Below, in pieces: positions 1-8,175 of a stretch of 64,000 bases of DNA; within the stretch, counting starts at the first letter, position 1; each line of letters starts with the position of its first letter. This DNA is from Parvibaculum sp. (lineage in GTDB: Bacteria; Pseudomonadota; Alphaproteobacteria; Parvibaculales; Parvibaculaceae). A program made the position numbers and the translations under genes. The stretch lies in contig NZ_JBASBH010000035.1 of NCBI RefSeq assembly GCF_049651025.1, forward strand, positions 3,611 through 67,610, in the 5' to 3' direction. The notes under the pieces were generated by a model. It was not told where the DNA came from. It searched no databases and was given only the letters and a program-made list of their open reading frames with translations.

Positions 1-1162
1 GCATGGAAACGTAGCGGTTATACCCCATGAAAGCTTCGTCTCCGCCATCCCCGTTCAACGCGACGGTCACATGGCGGCGAGCCATTTCAGCGAGGTAAAA
101 ACTTGGAACAGCCGATGGATCAGCGAAGGGCTCTCCGTAGTGATAGACGAGTTTCGGCAGTATATTTACAGCATCCGGCTTTACTATGAGTTCATGATGG
201 TCGGTGCCATAACGCTCCGCGACCATGCGGGCAAAAATGGTTTCGTCATATTCCTCGTTCTCAAATCCGATAGAGAACGTCTTTACCTGCCCACCGCCTT
301 GCCTGGCCATCATTGCAACGACCGCCGACGAGTCGACGCCTCCCGACAGGAAGGCCCCGAGCGGAACATCGGCTATCATCCTTAGTCGGACGGCTTCCTC
401 AAGATGATGCACCAGCTCCTCGGCGGCCTGATTGACATCCATCGCACGTCGGCGCGGGCGTGGCGCAGGCAGATGCCAGTAGGCTTCGATTTTAGGTTCA
501 GTCAGCCGCCCCCCTTCATCGACGCCAATGACCATCTTGTGGCCGGCCGGAAGTTTCCTGATGCCGCGAAATGCTGTCAGAGGTGCCGGGACATACTGAT
601 AGGTCAGGAATTGATGCAATGCCTCCATGTCCGGTTCGCGCGGTATGCCAGGCCAAGCGAGGACGGCCTTGATTTCAGACCCGAAGAACAGACCCTCACT
701 GGTCAAGGCATAGTTCAGCGGCTTCTTTCCGACGCGATCCCGGGCGAGGAGAAGTCTTTGCGACCGACGATCCCAAATAGCGATGGCAAACATGCCGCGT
801 AATCGCAGCAAAACGTCGTCACCCCATGAGAGATAACCATTGAGAATGACCTCGCTGTCGCTATGGCTTCGGAACACGTGTCCCTTTGCTTCAAGCTCGG
901 CGCGCAATTCGCGAAAGTTGTAAATCTCGCCGTTAAAGGCAAGCCAAACGCCCTCGTCAACGCTTCCCATCGGCTGATGGCCAGCAGGTGACAAATCGAT
1001 GATGGAGAGTCGCTTGAACCCCAACCCCGCACGGCCATCAGACCACACGCCCTGATCGTCGGGACCGCGATGATGCAGCGTCGCCGCCATCTTATCCAAC
1101 CGTCGCTCCGCAAGTGAGCGATCAATCGGATTATTCAAAACAAAGCCGGTCAATCCACACAT
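1..1162 (-). CDS. asnB: Asparagine synthase (glutamine-hydrolysing), N-terminal ~387 codons; the 3' end lies beyond the window start
   Basis: Reverse translation from ATG at 1162 reads MCGLTGFVLNNPIDRSLAERRLDKMAATLHHRGPDD, a class-II glutamine amidotransferase start with Cys2. Further in it reads DVPLGAFLSGGVDSSAVVAMMAR (PP-loop SGGxDS). The ORF stays open to position 1, so it is missing from the ORF track. Confidence 0.85.
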   Translation of the reverse strand, partial: MCGLTGFVLNNPIDRSLAERRLDKMAATLHHRGPDDQGVWSDGRAGLGFKRLSIIDLSPAGHQPMGSVDEGVWLAFNGEIYNFRELRAELEAKGHVFRSHSDSEVILNGYLSWGDDVLLRLRGMFAIAIWDRRSQRLLLARDRVGKKPLNYALTSEGLFFGSEIKAVLAWPGIPREPDMEALHQFLTYQYVPAPLTAFRGIRKLPAGHKMVIGVDEGGRLTEPKIEAYWHLPAPRPRRRAMDVNQAAEELVHHLEEAVRLRMIADVPLGAFLSGGVDSSAVVAMMARQGGGQVKTFSIGFENEEYDETIFARMVAERYGTDHHELIVKPDAVNILPKLVYHYGEPFADPSAVPSFYLAEMARRHVTVALNGDGGDEAFMGYNRYVSM

Positions 1163-1172
1163 CAAATAACGC

Positions 1173-2021
1173 TCAACTCAGGCGCTCGAAGACGAGTTGA
1201 TGACAGCCATAACCATCGTTGGGAAGAATTTTGCGTAGCTTAAAGCCGTCCTTCTCATAGAAATCGATCAACTGTTGAGAGGATGCATATTCGTAAGGAT
1301 ACCCGCCAATCCAATCGATCATGTCGTGCCACCGACTCATGCCACGGCTCTTTTTGTATTCCGTCCAAAGGGAGAAGTAGCCGGCGACATTTTTGTTACG
1401 CAAATAATGCAAAAAATATCGCGCCTCAATGGGCGTCCAAACAGCTATGGCGTAAGGCAGCTTGAGAAGAACAGGTAACTTATTGTAGGTAATTTTTTTC
1501 TTCATCCAGTATGTGCTGACATCTCCGCAATCATTGTAAATCGCGATGAAAAGCTTACTGCCAACCTTACTGTTCAGCTTGATGTTCTCAAGTGCAGGCC
1601 ACATCGCGCCCGTGTGGTGAAGAACACCCCACGAATAGACGATGTCGAATTGGCCCAGAGATTCCAGAAATTCTCTGTCCAGAACCGAGCCCGACAGGAT
1701 ATTCCAGTTCGGATCCTCTCCGAAGTAACGGTGACGTAGTTCTGCAGTGCAGGCGACCGATTGTGGATCATAGTCAAACGACAGCACACGGGCGCCTAGC
1801 CTGCGAGCAACCAGACTGAACAGTCCACTGCCGCTACCGATATCTATGAAGGTCTTTCCCTCGAGATCTTCGACCTCCAGAAATTCTTTGAGCGACTTCT
1901 CTGCCTCCGAGATCCGCTCGCCATTAAGAACACGAAGAAACCTTTTCCAATTACTTCCAAACTTGAATCTTCGTCCGCTTCTGATTTCGGAGGCGTGGGA
2001 TTCTTTTACATGCGTATTCAT
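1173..2021 (-). CDS. Class I SAM-dependent methyltransferase
   Basis: 282-aa ORF with glycine-rich SAM motif I (FIDIGSGSGLFSLVARRLGARVLSFDYD). It lies 10 nt upstream of asnB and overlaps the upstream GT stop by 4 nt. Visibly AT-richer than the rest of the window. Confidence 0.8.
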   Translation of the reverse strand: MNTHVKESHASEIRSGRRFKFGSNWKRFLRVLNGERISEAEKSLKEFLEVEDLEGKTFIDIGSGSGLFSLVARRLGARVLSFDYDPQSVACTAELRHRYFGEDPNWNILSGSVLDREFLESLGQFDIVYSWGVLHHTGAMWPALENIKLNSKVGSKLFIAIYNDCGDVSTYWMKKKITYNKLPVLLKLPYAIAVWTPIEARYFLHYLRNKNVAGYFSLWTEYKKSRGMSRWHDMIDWIGGYPYEYASSQQLIDFYEKDGFKLRKILPNDGYGCHQLVFERLS

Positions 2022-3475
2022 TGGACTTCCGACTCGACAGCTTGGGAGGATGGGATTTCGAGATTGGCGCCGCCCTCAAGTTTGTAAACAGAGAGGGTTT
2101 CCCGGATCATGCGCGACATGCCATATCTCTCGGAAATAAAGGCAGGTCCTGCCTCGCGCGCCATTTCACGAAATTTTTCATTTTGCAGGATCGTTACTGT
2201 AGCATCAGCAATAACATCAGCATCATTTTGTTTGACAACGGTTCCGGTTATCCCATCGAGTACGGCTTCGCCCGCCCCTCCAGCATCCGTCGTCACGACT
2301 GGCAAACCTAGCCATTGTGCTTCAAGAAGCACATTCGGCGTCCCCTCGCCGGTAGAAGTCAGCATTATCAAGTCACAGGGTGAAAGGCCGTTCAGAGCGG
2401 GCGCAATGACGCCAAAAAAATGCGTTTGCATTTCGATGCCGTGCTCTTTGACTGCTCTTTGCATAACGGAGAGCATCGACCCTTGGCCGAATAATATGAA
2501 ATGCGCATCTGGCATGATCTCAGCAATTTTAGCAGCGGATTCGATCCACAAAAGCGGCTGCTTTTCAGCACTGAAACGAAACATCCCACCTATCAAGGGC
2601 GCATCCGCCGGAATTCCGAGACGCTCGCGGAAGGCGACATTATATTCTGACGACGGCCGAAGATCGTCCGTAAACTGCACACCGTTGCGAATAACGTCAA
2701 TCCTGTCACTCGGCATTTCCAGCCAATCGGCGTAGTCGCACGCCCCAGCCTGACTATTGTTCAAAAATATGACACGGTCACCGCTGTACTCACTCAGCGC
2801 TTTGTATATGGGATGGAAATATTCCGTATTAAGATCAAAATGCCGCGGGCTGAGATTGCGTCCCGACAAAACGACCTTGGGAACACCCGCAAGCATGGCT
2901 GCAAGACCCACTCTGACATTGCTCCAATCCAGCCATGCGTGAACCACCTCAGGGCGCATAGTCCGAAATTCGAAATACAGATTGGTAATGTCCAAAACAA
3001 GCGACGGATGAAGCTGAGGAGCTATGTCAAGGAAGGCTTGAGGAAGACCCTCCTCGTTATGCCTCTGTCCATGTGTCTTGATCGTACGGACAGGAGCGCC
3101 CGATTCGAGCGCAAGAGGCAGGTAGAAATCCCTCTTCTCTGGCGTGCCGCCTTCAAGATAGTCACAAAGAAGCGTAACGCTTTCGACGGGCGAATCGGCC
3201 AGACCGATCAACGTGTTCACCACTTGCCGCTCCGCCCCACCCGGCTGCAAGGAACCGCAAACCATCAGTACACGTCCCGGGACCACGGACATTGAGGCGT
3301 TCACCGCAAGCATCTTGCGAAACCAATCGACTTCAGGCGGCTTTATAACTGTGGCCACTACTTTTCCGCGAAACGAGGACGGAAGAACGCGTCGCGCGAT
3401 GGCGCGCACGACTGAGTTGCGGGCAATCCGCCTCATGATCATTCTATCTCTCCCCCGCCCGCCTATTTTTAGCAT
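2018..3475 (-). CDS. Glycosyltransferase family 4 (GT-B fold); the true start may be internal
   Basis: N-terminal GSLQPGGAERQVVNTL and C-terminal STGEGTPNVLLEAQWLGLPVVTTDAGGAGE (EX7E-like GT4 motif). About 60 aa of basic N-terminal extension makes the start uncertain. Confidence 0.8.
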   Translation of the reverse strand: MLKIGGRGRDRMIMRRIARNSVVRAIARRVLPSSFRGKVVATVIKPPEVDWFRKMLAVNASMSVVPGRVLMVCGSLQPGGAERQVVNTLIGLADSPVESVTLLCDYLEGGTPEKRDFYLPLALESGAPVRTIKTHGQRHNEEGLPQAFLDIAPQLHPSLVLDITNLYFEFRTMRPEVVHAWLDWSNVRVGLAAMLAGVPKVVLSGRNLSPRHFDLNTEYFHPIYKALSEYSGDRVIFLNNSQAGACDYADWLEMPSDRIDVIRNGVQFTDDLRPSSEYNVAFRERLGIPADAPLIGGMFRFSAEKQPLLWIESAAKIAEIMPDAHFILFGQGSMLSVMQRAVKEHGIEMQTHFFGVIAPALNGLSPCDLIMLTSTGEGTPNVLLEAQWLGLPVVTTDAGGAGEAVLDGITGTVVKQNDADVIADATVTILQNEKFREMAREAGPAFISERYGMSRMIRETLSVYKLEGGANLEIPSSQAVESEVQ

Positions 3476-3736
3476 TCTTGGAGCGCGCCATCCGCGGCGC
3501 AGCTGACCTGCTTATTTTCTTTTCTTGTTCCCTAGTCATCTCATGCCGGAGAGAGCATGACGGTAGTGGAAGATTTGTTAGGATACAAAGCAACGGATTT
3601 TTTATACACCGCATGAATCAGAATAAATGTATCGGCTGAAACTGCGGCGCGCAAACCATCTGCACAATCGAAACTGTTTGCCACATTATCGACCCTATAA
3701 CTTAAGTCGATGAGCAGCCGCGCCTGAGGGTAAACA

Positions 3737-4915
3737 ATGATGTCTATCGCTGACCCCGTCGATACACATGGGCGGCCACTGGTCACAAAATCGGGGGCGC
3801 TCCGGCTCGCCTTTGTCATTCCTACGATGGAAGCTGGCGGCGCGGAGCGTGTTGCCGCGACGCTTTGCAATCATTGGGCAGATATGGGCCATAATGTTCA
3901 CCTTATCACATTTGAAGGCGATAACGACGTCAGCCATTATTCTCTTGCCCTCGGCGTCAAGCGCCACAAGCTTGATCTGCTACGCAATTCGCGCTCATTA
4001 GCAAGTTTTGCTGCCCATAACCTGAAGCGGGTCTTCGTCTTGAGGCGGGTGCTCCGTTCGATCGCGCCGGATGCCGTCATATCGTTCATGCCTGAGCCGA
4101 ATGTAATCGCGTTGATCGCAAGCATTGGGCAGAGATGGCCTGTCATCGTCTCGGAGCGCATCCACCCCGGCTTTATGCAGCTAGGCCCGATACCGGCAGG
4201 CATGCGCCGCCTTATGTACCCACGCGCAGCGTCCGTTGTGGTGCAAGCAAGCGCCATTGGTCGCTACGTTGACGAGACGTTCAAAGTCACCTCGACGACC
4301 ATCCCCAATCCGGTCGATCTCACTCAATTCACGACCACGGACAATATAAAATACGAGCCGGTACGCCGACGTATCGTTTCGGTGGGGCGGCTCGACCGCC
4401 AAAAAGGCTTCGACCTTCTGATCGATGCGTTTGGAATGGTGGCGAATGACTTTCCCGACTGGGATCTCGTAGTCTTCGGTGAAGGGAACCAGAGGACGAC
4501 GCTGGAGCAACAGATCGATGCTCACAACCTCACCGATCGCATACGGCTAGCGGGGACTGTTACCGACACAGCGCGAGAACTTCAGCATACGGATATATAC
4601 GCGCAATCCTCGCGATTTGAGGGCACGCCCAATGCGGTTATCGAGGCACTGGCTTGCGGCTGCCCGGTGATCGCGACGGATTGTCCGGGGGGCATTCGCG
4701 ATATTCTTGGCGATAGCGATTACGGCCAGCTGGTGCCGGTCGATGACGCGGCAGCTCTGGCCGAAGCCCTGCGGCGGCTGATGACCAATGAAACCCTGCG
4801 TCAGGCCATGAGCCAGCGGGCGCCGGTTGCCGTAGCGGATTTGTCGGTTTCGGTGATTGCGGCGCAATGGATTAGTCTGGCGCAGCGCCTTATTGCGGAA
4901 CGGCGGCGGCTGTAA
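3737..4915 (+). CDS. Glycosyltransferase family 4
   Basis: 392-aa ORF with MEAGGAERVAATLCNHW and SSRFEGTPNAVIEALACGCPVIATDCPGG motifs. Divergent from the previous GT4 gene. Confidence 0.85.
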   Translation: MMSIADPVDTHGRPLVTKSGALRLAFVIPTMEAGGAERVAATLCNHWADMGHNVHLITFEGDNDVSHYSLALGVKRHKLDLLRNSRSLASFAAHNLKRVFVLRRVLRSIAPDAVISFMPEPNVIALIASIGQRWPVIVSERIHPGFMQLGPIPAGMRRLMYPRAASVVVQASAIGRYVDETFKVTSTTIPNPVDLTQFTTTDNIKYEPVRRRIVSVGRLDRQKGFDLLIDAFGMVANDFPDWDLVVFGEGNQRTTLEQQIDAHNLTDRIRLAGTVTDTARELQHTDIYAQSSRFEGTPNAVIEALACGCPVIATDCPGGIRDILGDSDYGQLVPVDDAAALAEALRRLMTNETLRQAMSQRAPVAVADLSVSVIAAQWISLAQRLIAERRRL

Positions 4916-5009
4916 TGCAGAAAAAGATGCACTGACCGGTGACATTCGGGTAATCATCGAGGCCATCGAAACCGGGATCAGAAACGATATCTATCAGGGA
5001 GCAAGACAT

Positions 5010-6245
5010 ATGACTGAAGCATGGATTATTGACGCCTGCCGCACACCGCGCGGCATTGGCAAGCTCGGCAAGGGCGCCCTTGCCGAAATTCATCCCCAGC
5101 AGCTCGGCTCGGCCGTTCTGAAGGCTTTGGCTGAGCGCAACAATATCAATACGGCCGAAGTTGACGACGTGATCTGGGGCACCAGCTCGCAGCGCGGTCA
5201 GCAGGGCGGCGATCTCGGTCGCATGTCGGCGCTCGACGCGGGCTATGACATTCGCTCCAGCGGCGTGACGCTCGACCGGTTCTGCGGTTCGGGCATTACA
5301 GCAGTCAACATGGCTGCGGCAACGATCATGTCCGGCATGGAAGACCTCGTGGTTGCGGGCGGCACCGAAATGATGTCGATGCCCGGCCGCCGCGCGGAAG
5401 ACGGCCCGCCGGTCATGGACAATGGCAATCTTCGCCTGCGCGCGCTTCATCCCCAGTCGAACCAGGGTGTCTGCGCCGATGCCATCGCGACGATGGAAGG
5501 CATCTCGCGCGAAGCCGTTGATGAGCTTGCTCTGGTGAGCCAGCAGCGTGCGGCGCATGCGATTGCGAACGGCCACTTCGACAAGAGCCTCGTGCCCGTC
5601 TATCACGAAGACGGAACGCTCGCGCTTGATCGCGAAGAGTTTCCCCGTCCGCAGACGACAATGGAAGGTCTGGCGAAGCTGAAGCCGTCTTTCGAAGCGC
5701 TGGCCGATATTCCGCTCGACGACAAGGGCACGACATATCGCAGCCTCATCCTTCAGAAGCATCCGGGCCTCGACATCAAATTCATCCACCATGCCGGTAA
5801 CTCCTCGGGCGTGGTTGATGGTTCGGGCGCCCTTCTGCTCGCCTCGCCGACCTATGCCAAGAAGAATGGCCTGAAGCCGCGCGCGCGCGTCGTGGCCATG
5901 ACCAATATGGGCGACTCGCCAACGCTCATGCTCAATGCGCCGGTGCCTGCCGCGCGCAAGGTGCTCGCGAAAGCCGGGCTGACGGTTGACGATATCGACC
6001 TCTTCGAAATCAACGAGGCCTTTGCCGTCGTTGCCGAAAAGTTCATTCGCGACCTGAAGCTCGACCGCGAAAAGGTCAACGTGAATGGCGGCGCGATGGC
6101 GCTTGGCCATCCGATCGGTGCGACCGGCGCCATCCTCATCGGAACGATGCTGGACGAGCTGGAGCGTCGCGATCTGCGTCGCGGCCTGATCACCATGTGC
6201 GCTGCCGGCGGCATGGCACCTGCGATCATCATCGAGCGCGTCTGA
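5010..6245 (+). CDS. Acetyl-CoA C-acetyltransferase / thiolase
   Basis: MTEAWIIDACRTPRGIGK..., active-site context LDRFCGSGITAV, and C-terminal NVNGGAMALGHPIGATG ... CAAGGMA. The ATG at 5010 is preceded by AGGGAG. The track ORF start at 4857 overlaps the upstream GT gene and was rejected. Confidence 0.9.
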   Translation: MTEAWIIDACRTPRGIGKLGKGALAEIHPQQLGSAVLKALAERNNINTAEVDDVIWGTSSQRGQQGGDLGRMSALDAGYDIRSSGVTLDRFCGSGITAVNMAAATIMSGMEDLVVAGGTEMMSMPGRRAEDGPPVMDNGNLRLRALHPQSNQGVCADAIATMEGISREAVDELALVSQQRAAHAIANGHFDKSLVPVYHEDGTLALDREEFPRPQTTMEGLAKLKPSFEALADIPLDDKGTTYRSLILQKHPGLDIKFIHHAGNSSGVVDGSGALLLASPTYAKKNGLKPRARVVAMTNMGDSPTLMLNAPVPAARKVLAKAGLTVDDIDLFEINEAFAVVAEKFIRDLKLDREKVNVNGGAMALGHPIGATGAILIGTMLDELERRDLRRGLITMCAAGGMAPAIIIERV

Positions 6246-6255
6246 TAACTGCCCT

Positions 6256-6338
6256 GCCTCCACCGCCCGCATCGGCTGGCGGTGGAGGCAAAGACCAAAA
6301 GAGAATGCCCGGACGCTTGGATGCGTCCGGGCATTTTT
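6256..6338. terminator. Two GC-rich hairpins between convergent genes; the second is a bidirectional intrinsic terminator
   Basis: gcctccaccgcc/ggcggtggaggc (6256-6289) and atgcccggacgc/gcgtccgggcat (6305-6334), the latter followed by TTTTT. Located between the thiolase stop (6245) and the tpsB stop (6363). Confidence 0.6.
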
Positions 6339-6362
6339 ATTTGCGACCAGAAAGGCTCAGCT

Positions 6363-8102
6363 TCAGTAGGTGAGCGTGATCCGTGTGCCGACCTGCCAAT
6401 CGCCACGCTGCGTCAGGCCCGCGTCGCGGATGGCATAGGCTGCCTCAAGCGACGAGCTCAGATTTCCGCCAAGGCTGTAGCCGAGGCCGAGACCTGCCGA
6501 GATCGGCGATGCGCTGCTGCGATCGAAGCGATCACGCACATAGGCCGCGTCAGCAAAGACATAGGGTGAAACCCGGTCCTGAATATCGCTGAACGAACCG
6601 AGGGCGCTGAAAGCAGGCAGACGCAGTTCATTGCGGGCAGTGACGCCGACATCGAAGCTGCCGTCGTCAGAGGTATAGCCACGCACGTTACTGATGCTGA
6701 TCTGACGCGCTTCGGGCAAGGCGCCTGAAGCAAGCTGTCCCTGCACTTCGCTGGACACGCTGAAGCCCGGCGCGATGACGAAGCTGTGATTGATGCTCGT
6801 CTGGATGTAGTCGTAACGCGCATTCTGAACGCGGCCAGCCGAATAGCTCAGGAAATCGGCGCTGCTATTGTGGCTGCCGATGCCACCGGGCGAGGCATGG
6901 AGCGAGGCATCGATCAGCGTCGCGCCGAGCGGGCTGGTGAAACCACCCGACCAGCCGAGGAAGAGCTGATAGACGTCGACCATCTGGCTCAGCGCATGGA
7001 AGCCAAGGAAGTAGGTGTCGCTGTTCTGGTGCACGGCTTCGACACCGGCATAGATGTCGCCCGACATGCTGCTGAAGTTCGACATGGCACTGCGATAGGC
7101 GACAGTGCCTTCAATTGTGCGCTGGCGAATATCAAAGGGGCTCACATTCTTCGCCGTCTGGACGGCGCTGAACGTGACTTCAAGCTGCTGGCGCGGCGCA
7201 AGCGGCAAGGCAAGACGCATCGCGTGGCTGATATAGCTCGGATGACGCGCATTGTTGAAGAACTGGCCCTGATCGTACCAGAAGTCGCGGCTGCCCGTGA
7301 TCTGATAGGAGAGGAACGAATCCGGGATCAGGAAGTCGCCCGCCATGCCGCCCGCAAAGAAGCGGTCGCGCGTGGTCGAAGGCGCACCGGAATTGGCATA
7401 GCCCGCATAGACGCGCCAGGGCTTGCCCTCGGTCACGCGCAGGTTGAGATCGGTCTCGCCGGACTGCGTGCCCGGCGTGAAGACGGCTTCGGCCTTGTGG
7501 AAATTGCTGCGGTTGATCCAGTCGAGATCCTGAACCAGCGGTCCGGTTTCAACGCGGTCGCCCGACTTCACGCGGACGCGATCCGTGTAGAAGCTCGCAT
7601 CGCCACGCGTATTGCCGGTGGCTTCGACCTTGCCCACCTTGAATTCGATGACGCGGAACTGAACGATACCCATCGTCACTTCTTGCGGCGGCGTCATCAC
7701 GGCGACGAAGGGCAAACCCTTGGCGCGGTAGATATTGGCAATCGTCGCTTCGACTTCGGCAATGGCGCGACGCGTCATCGGCTTGCCGATATATGTGCTG
7801 AGCTGGGCCTGTGAATCGGCGTCGGCAAGATCGGCGACGCGGCTCGCATCGACACCGGCAAGGTTTGCAGATTTAACGACCGCATCCTTCGGGCCGAGAA
7901 TGACGATGGCCTTGAAGTCCGGTCCAAGCGGAACAACGTCCAGTGCTTGCGGCACAGCGTTCGGCGGCACCACAGTTGCCGGGCCTTGCTGCTGCTGTGC
8001 AGGCGGCAGGTTACGCTCGATCGCATCCGCCGCGGCGGGGCCGGCTCCCAGAAACGCCAGCAAACCTGCCGTCGTCACTACAATTTTATTCATCTTCCGC
8101 AT
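6363..8102 (-). CDS. TpsB outer-membrane transporter (ShlB/FhaC/HecB family, POTRA + 16-strand barrel) of a two-partner secretion system
   Basis: 579 aa. Signal peptide MRKMNKIVVTTAGLLAFLGAGPAAADA and a C-terminal barrel ending in an aromatic residue (RITLTY). Overall ShlB/FhaC-like sequence and position directly downstream of a TPS-domain exoprotein. Confidence 0.88.
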   Translation of the reverse strand: MRKMNKIVVTTAGLLAFLGAGPAAADAIERNLPPAQQQQGPATVVPPNAVPQALDVVPLGPDFKAIVILGPKDAVVKSANLAGVDASRVADLADADSQAQLSTYIGKPMTRRAIAEVEATIANIYRAKGLPFVAVMTPPQEVTMGIVQFRVIEFKVGKVEATGNTRGDASFYTDRVRVKSGDRVETGPLVQDLDWINRSNFHKAEAVFTPGTQSGETDLNLRVTEGKPWRVYAGYANSGAPSTTRDRFFAGGMAGDFLIPDSFLSYQITGSRDFWYDQGQFFNNARHPSYISHAMRLALPLAPRQQLEVTFSAVQTAKNVSPFDIRQRTIEGTVAYRSAMSNFSSMSGDIYAGVEAVHQNSDTYFLGFHALSQMVDVYQLFLGWSGGFTSPLGATLIDASLHASPGGIGSHNSSADFLSYSAGRVQNARYDYIQTSINHSFVIAPGFSVSSEVQGQLASGALPEARQISISNVRGYTSDDGSFDVGVTARNELRLPAFSALGSFSDIQDRVSPYVFADAAYVRDRFDRSSASPISAGLGLGYSLGGNLSSSLEAAYAIRDAGLTQRGDWQVGTRITLTY

Positions 8103-8125
8103 TAACCGCCCCTGGCGCCGTATAT

Positions 8126-8163
8126 GTAAAAATATCCGGAGCGAGGGTTCCCCCTCGCTCCGG
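8126..8163 (-). terminator. Hairpin plus T-tract between tpsA and tpsB (candidate attenuator or partial terminator)
   Basis: The minus strand reads CCGGAGCGAGGG-GGAA-CCCTCGCTCCGG followed by ATATTTTTAC. It sits in the 73-nt tpsA-tpsB gap. Confidence 0.5.
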
Positions 8164-8175
8164 CGGTTATGTCTT

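Noticed and set aside
4890-6272. 460-aa ORF antisense to the thiolase gene
   Set aside because: Its Arg/Ala/Gly/His-rich low-information sequence has no recognisable motifs and fully overlaps a strongly supported thiolase on the opposite strand. This is a typical shadow ORF of high-GC DNA.
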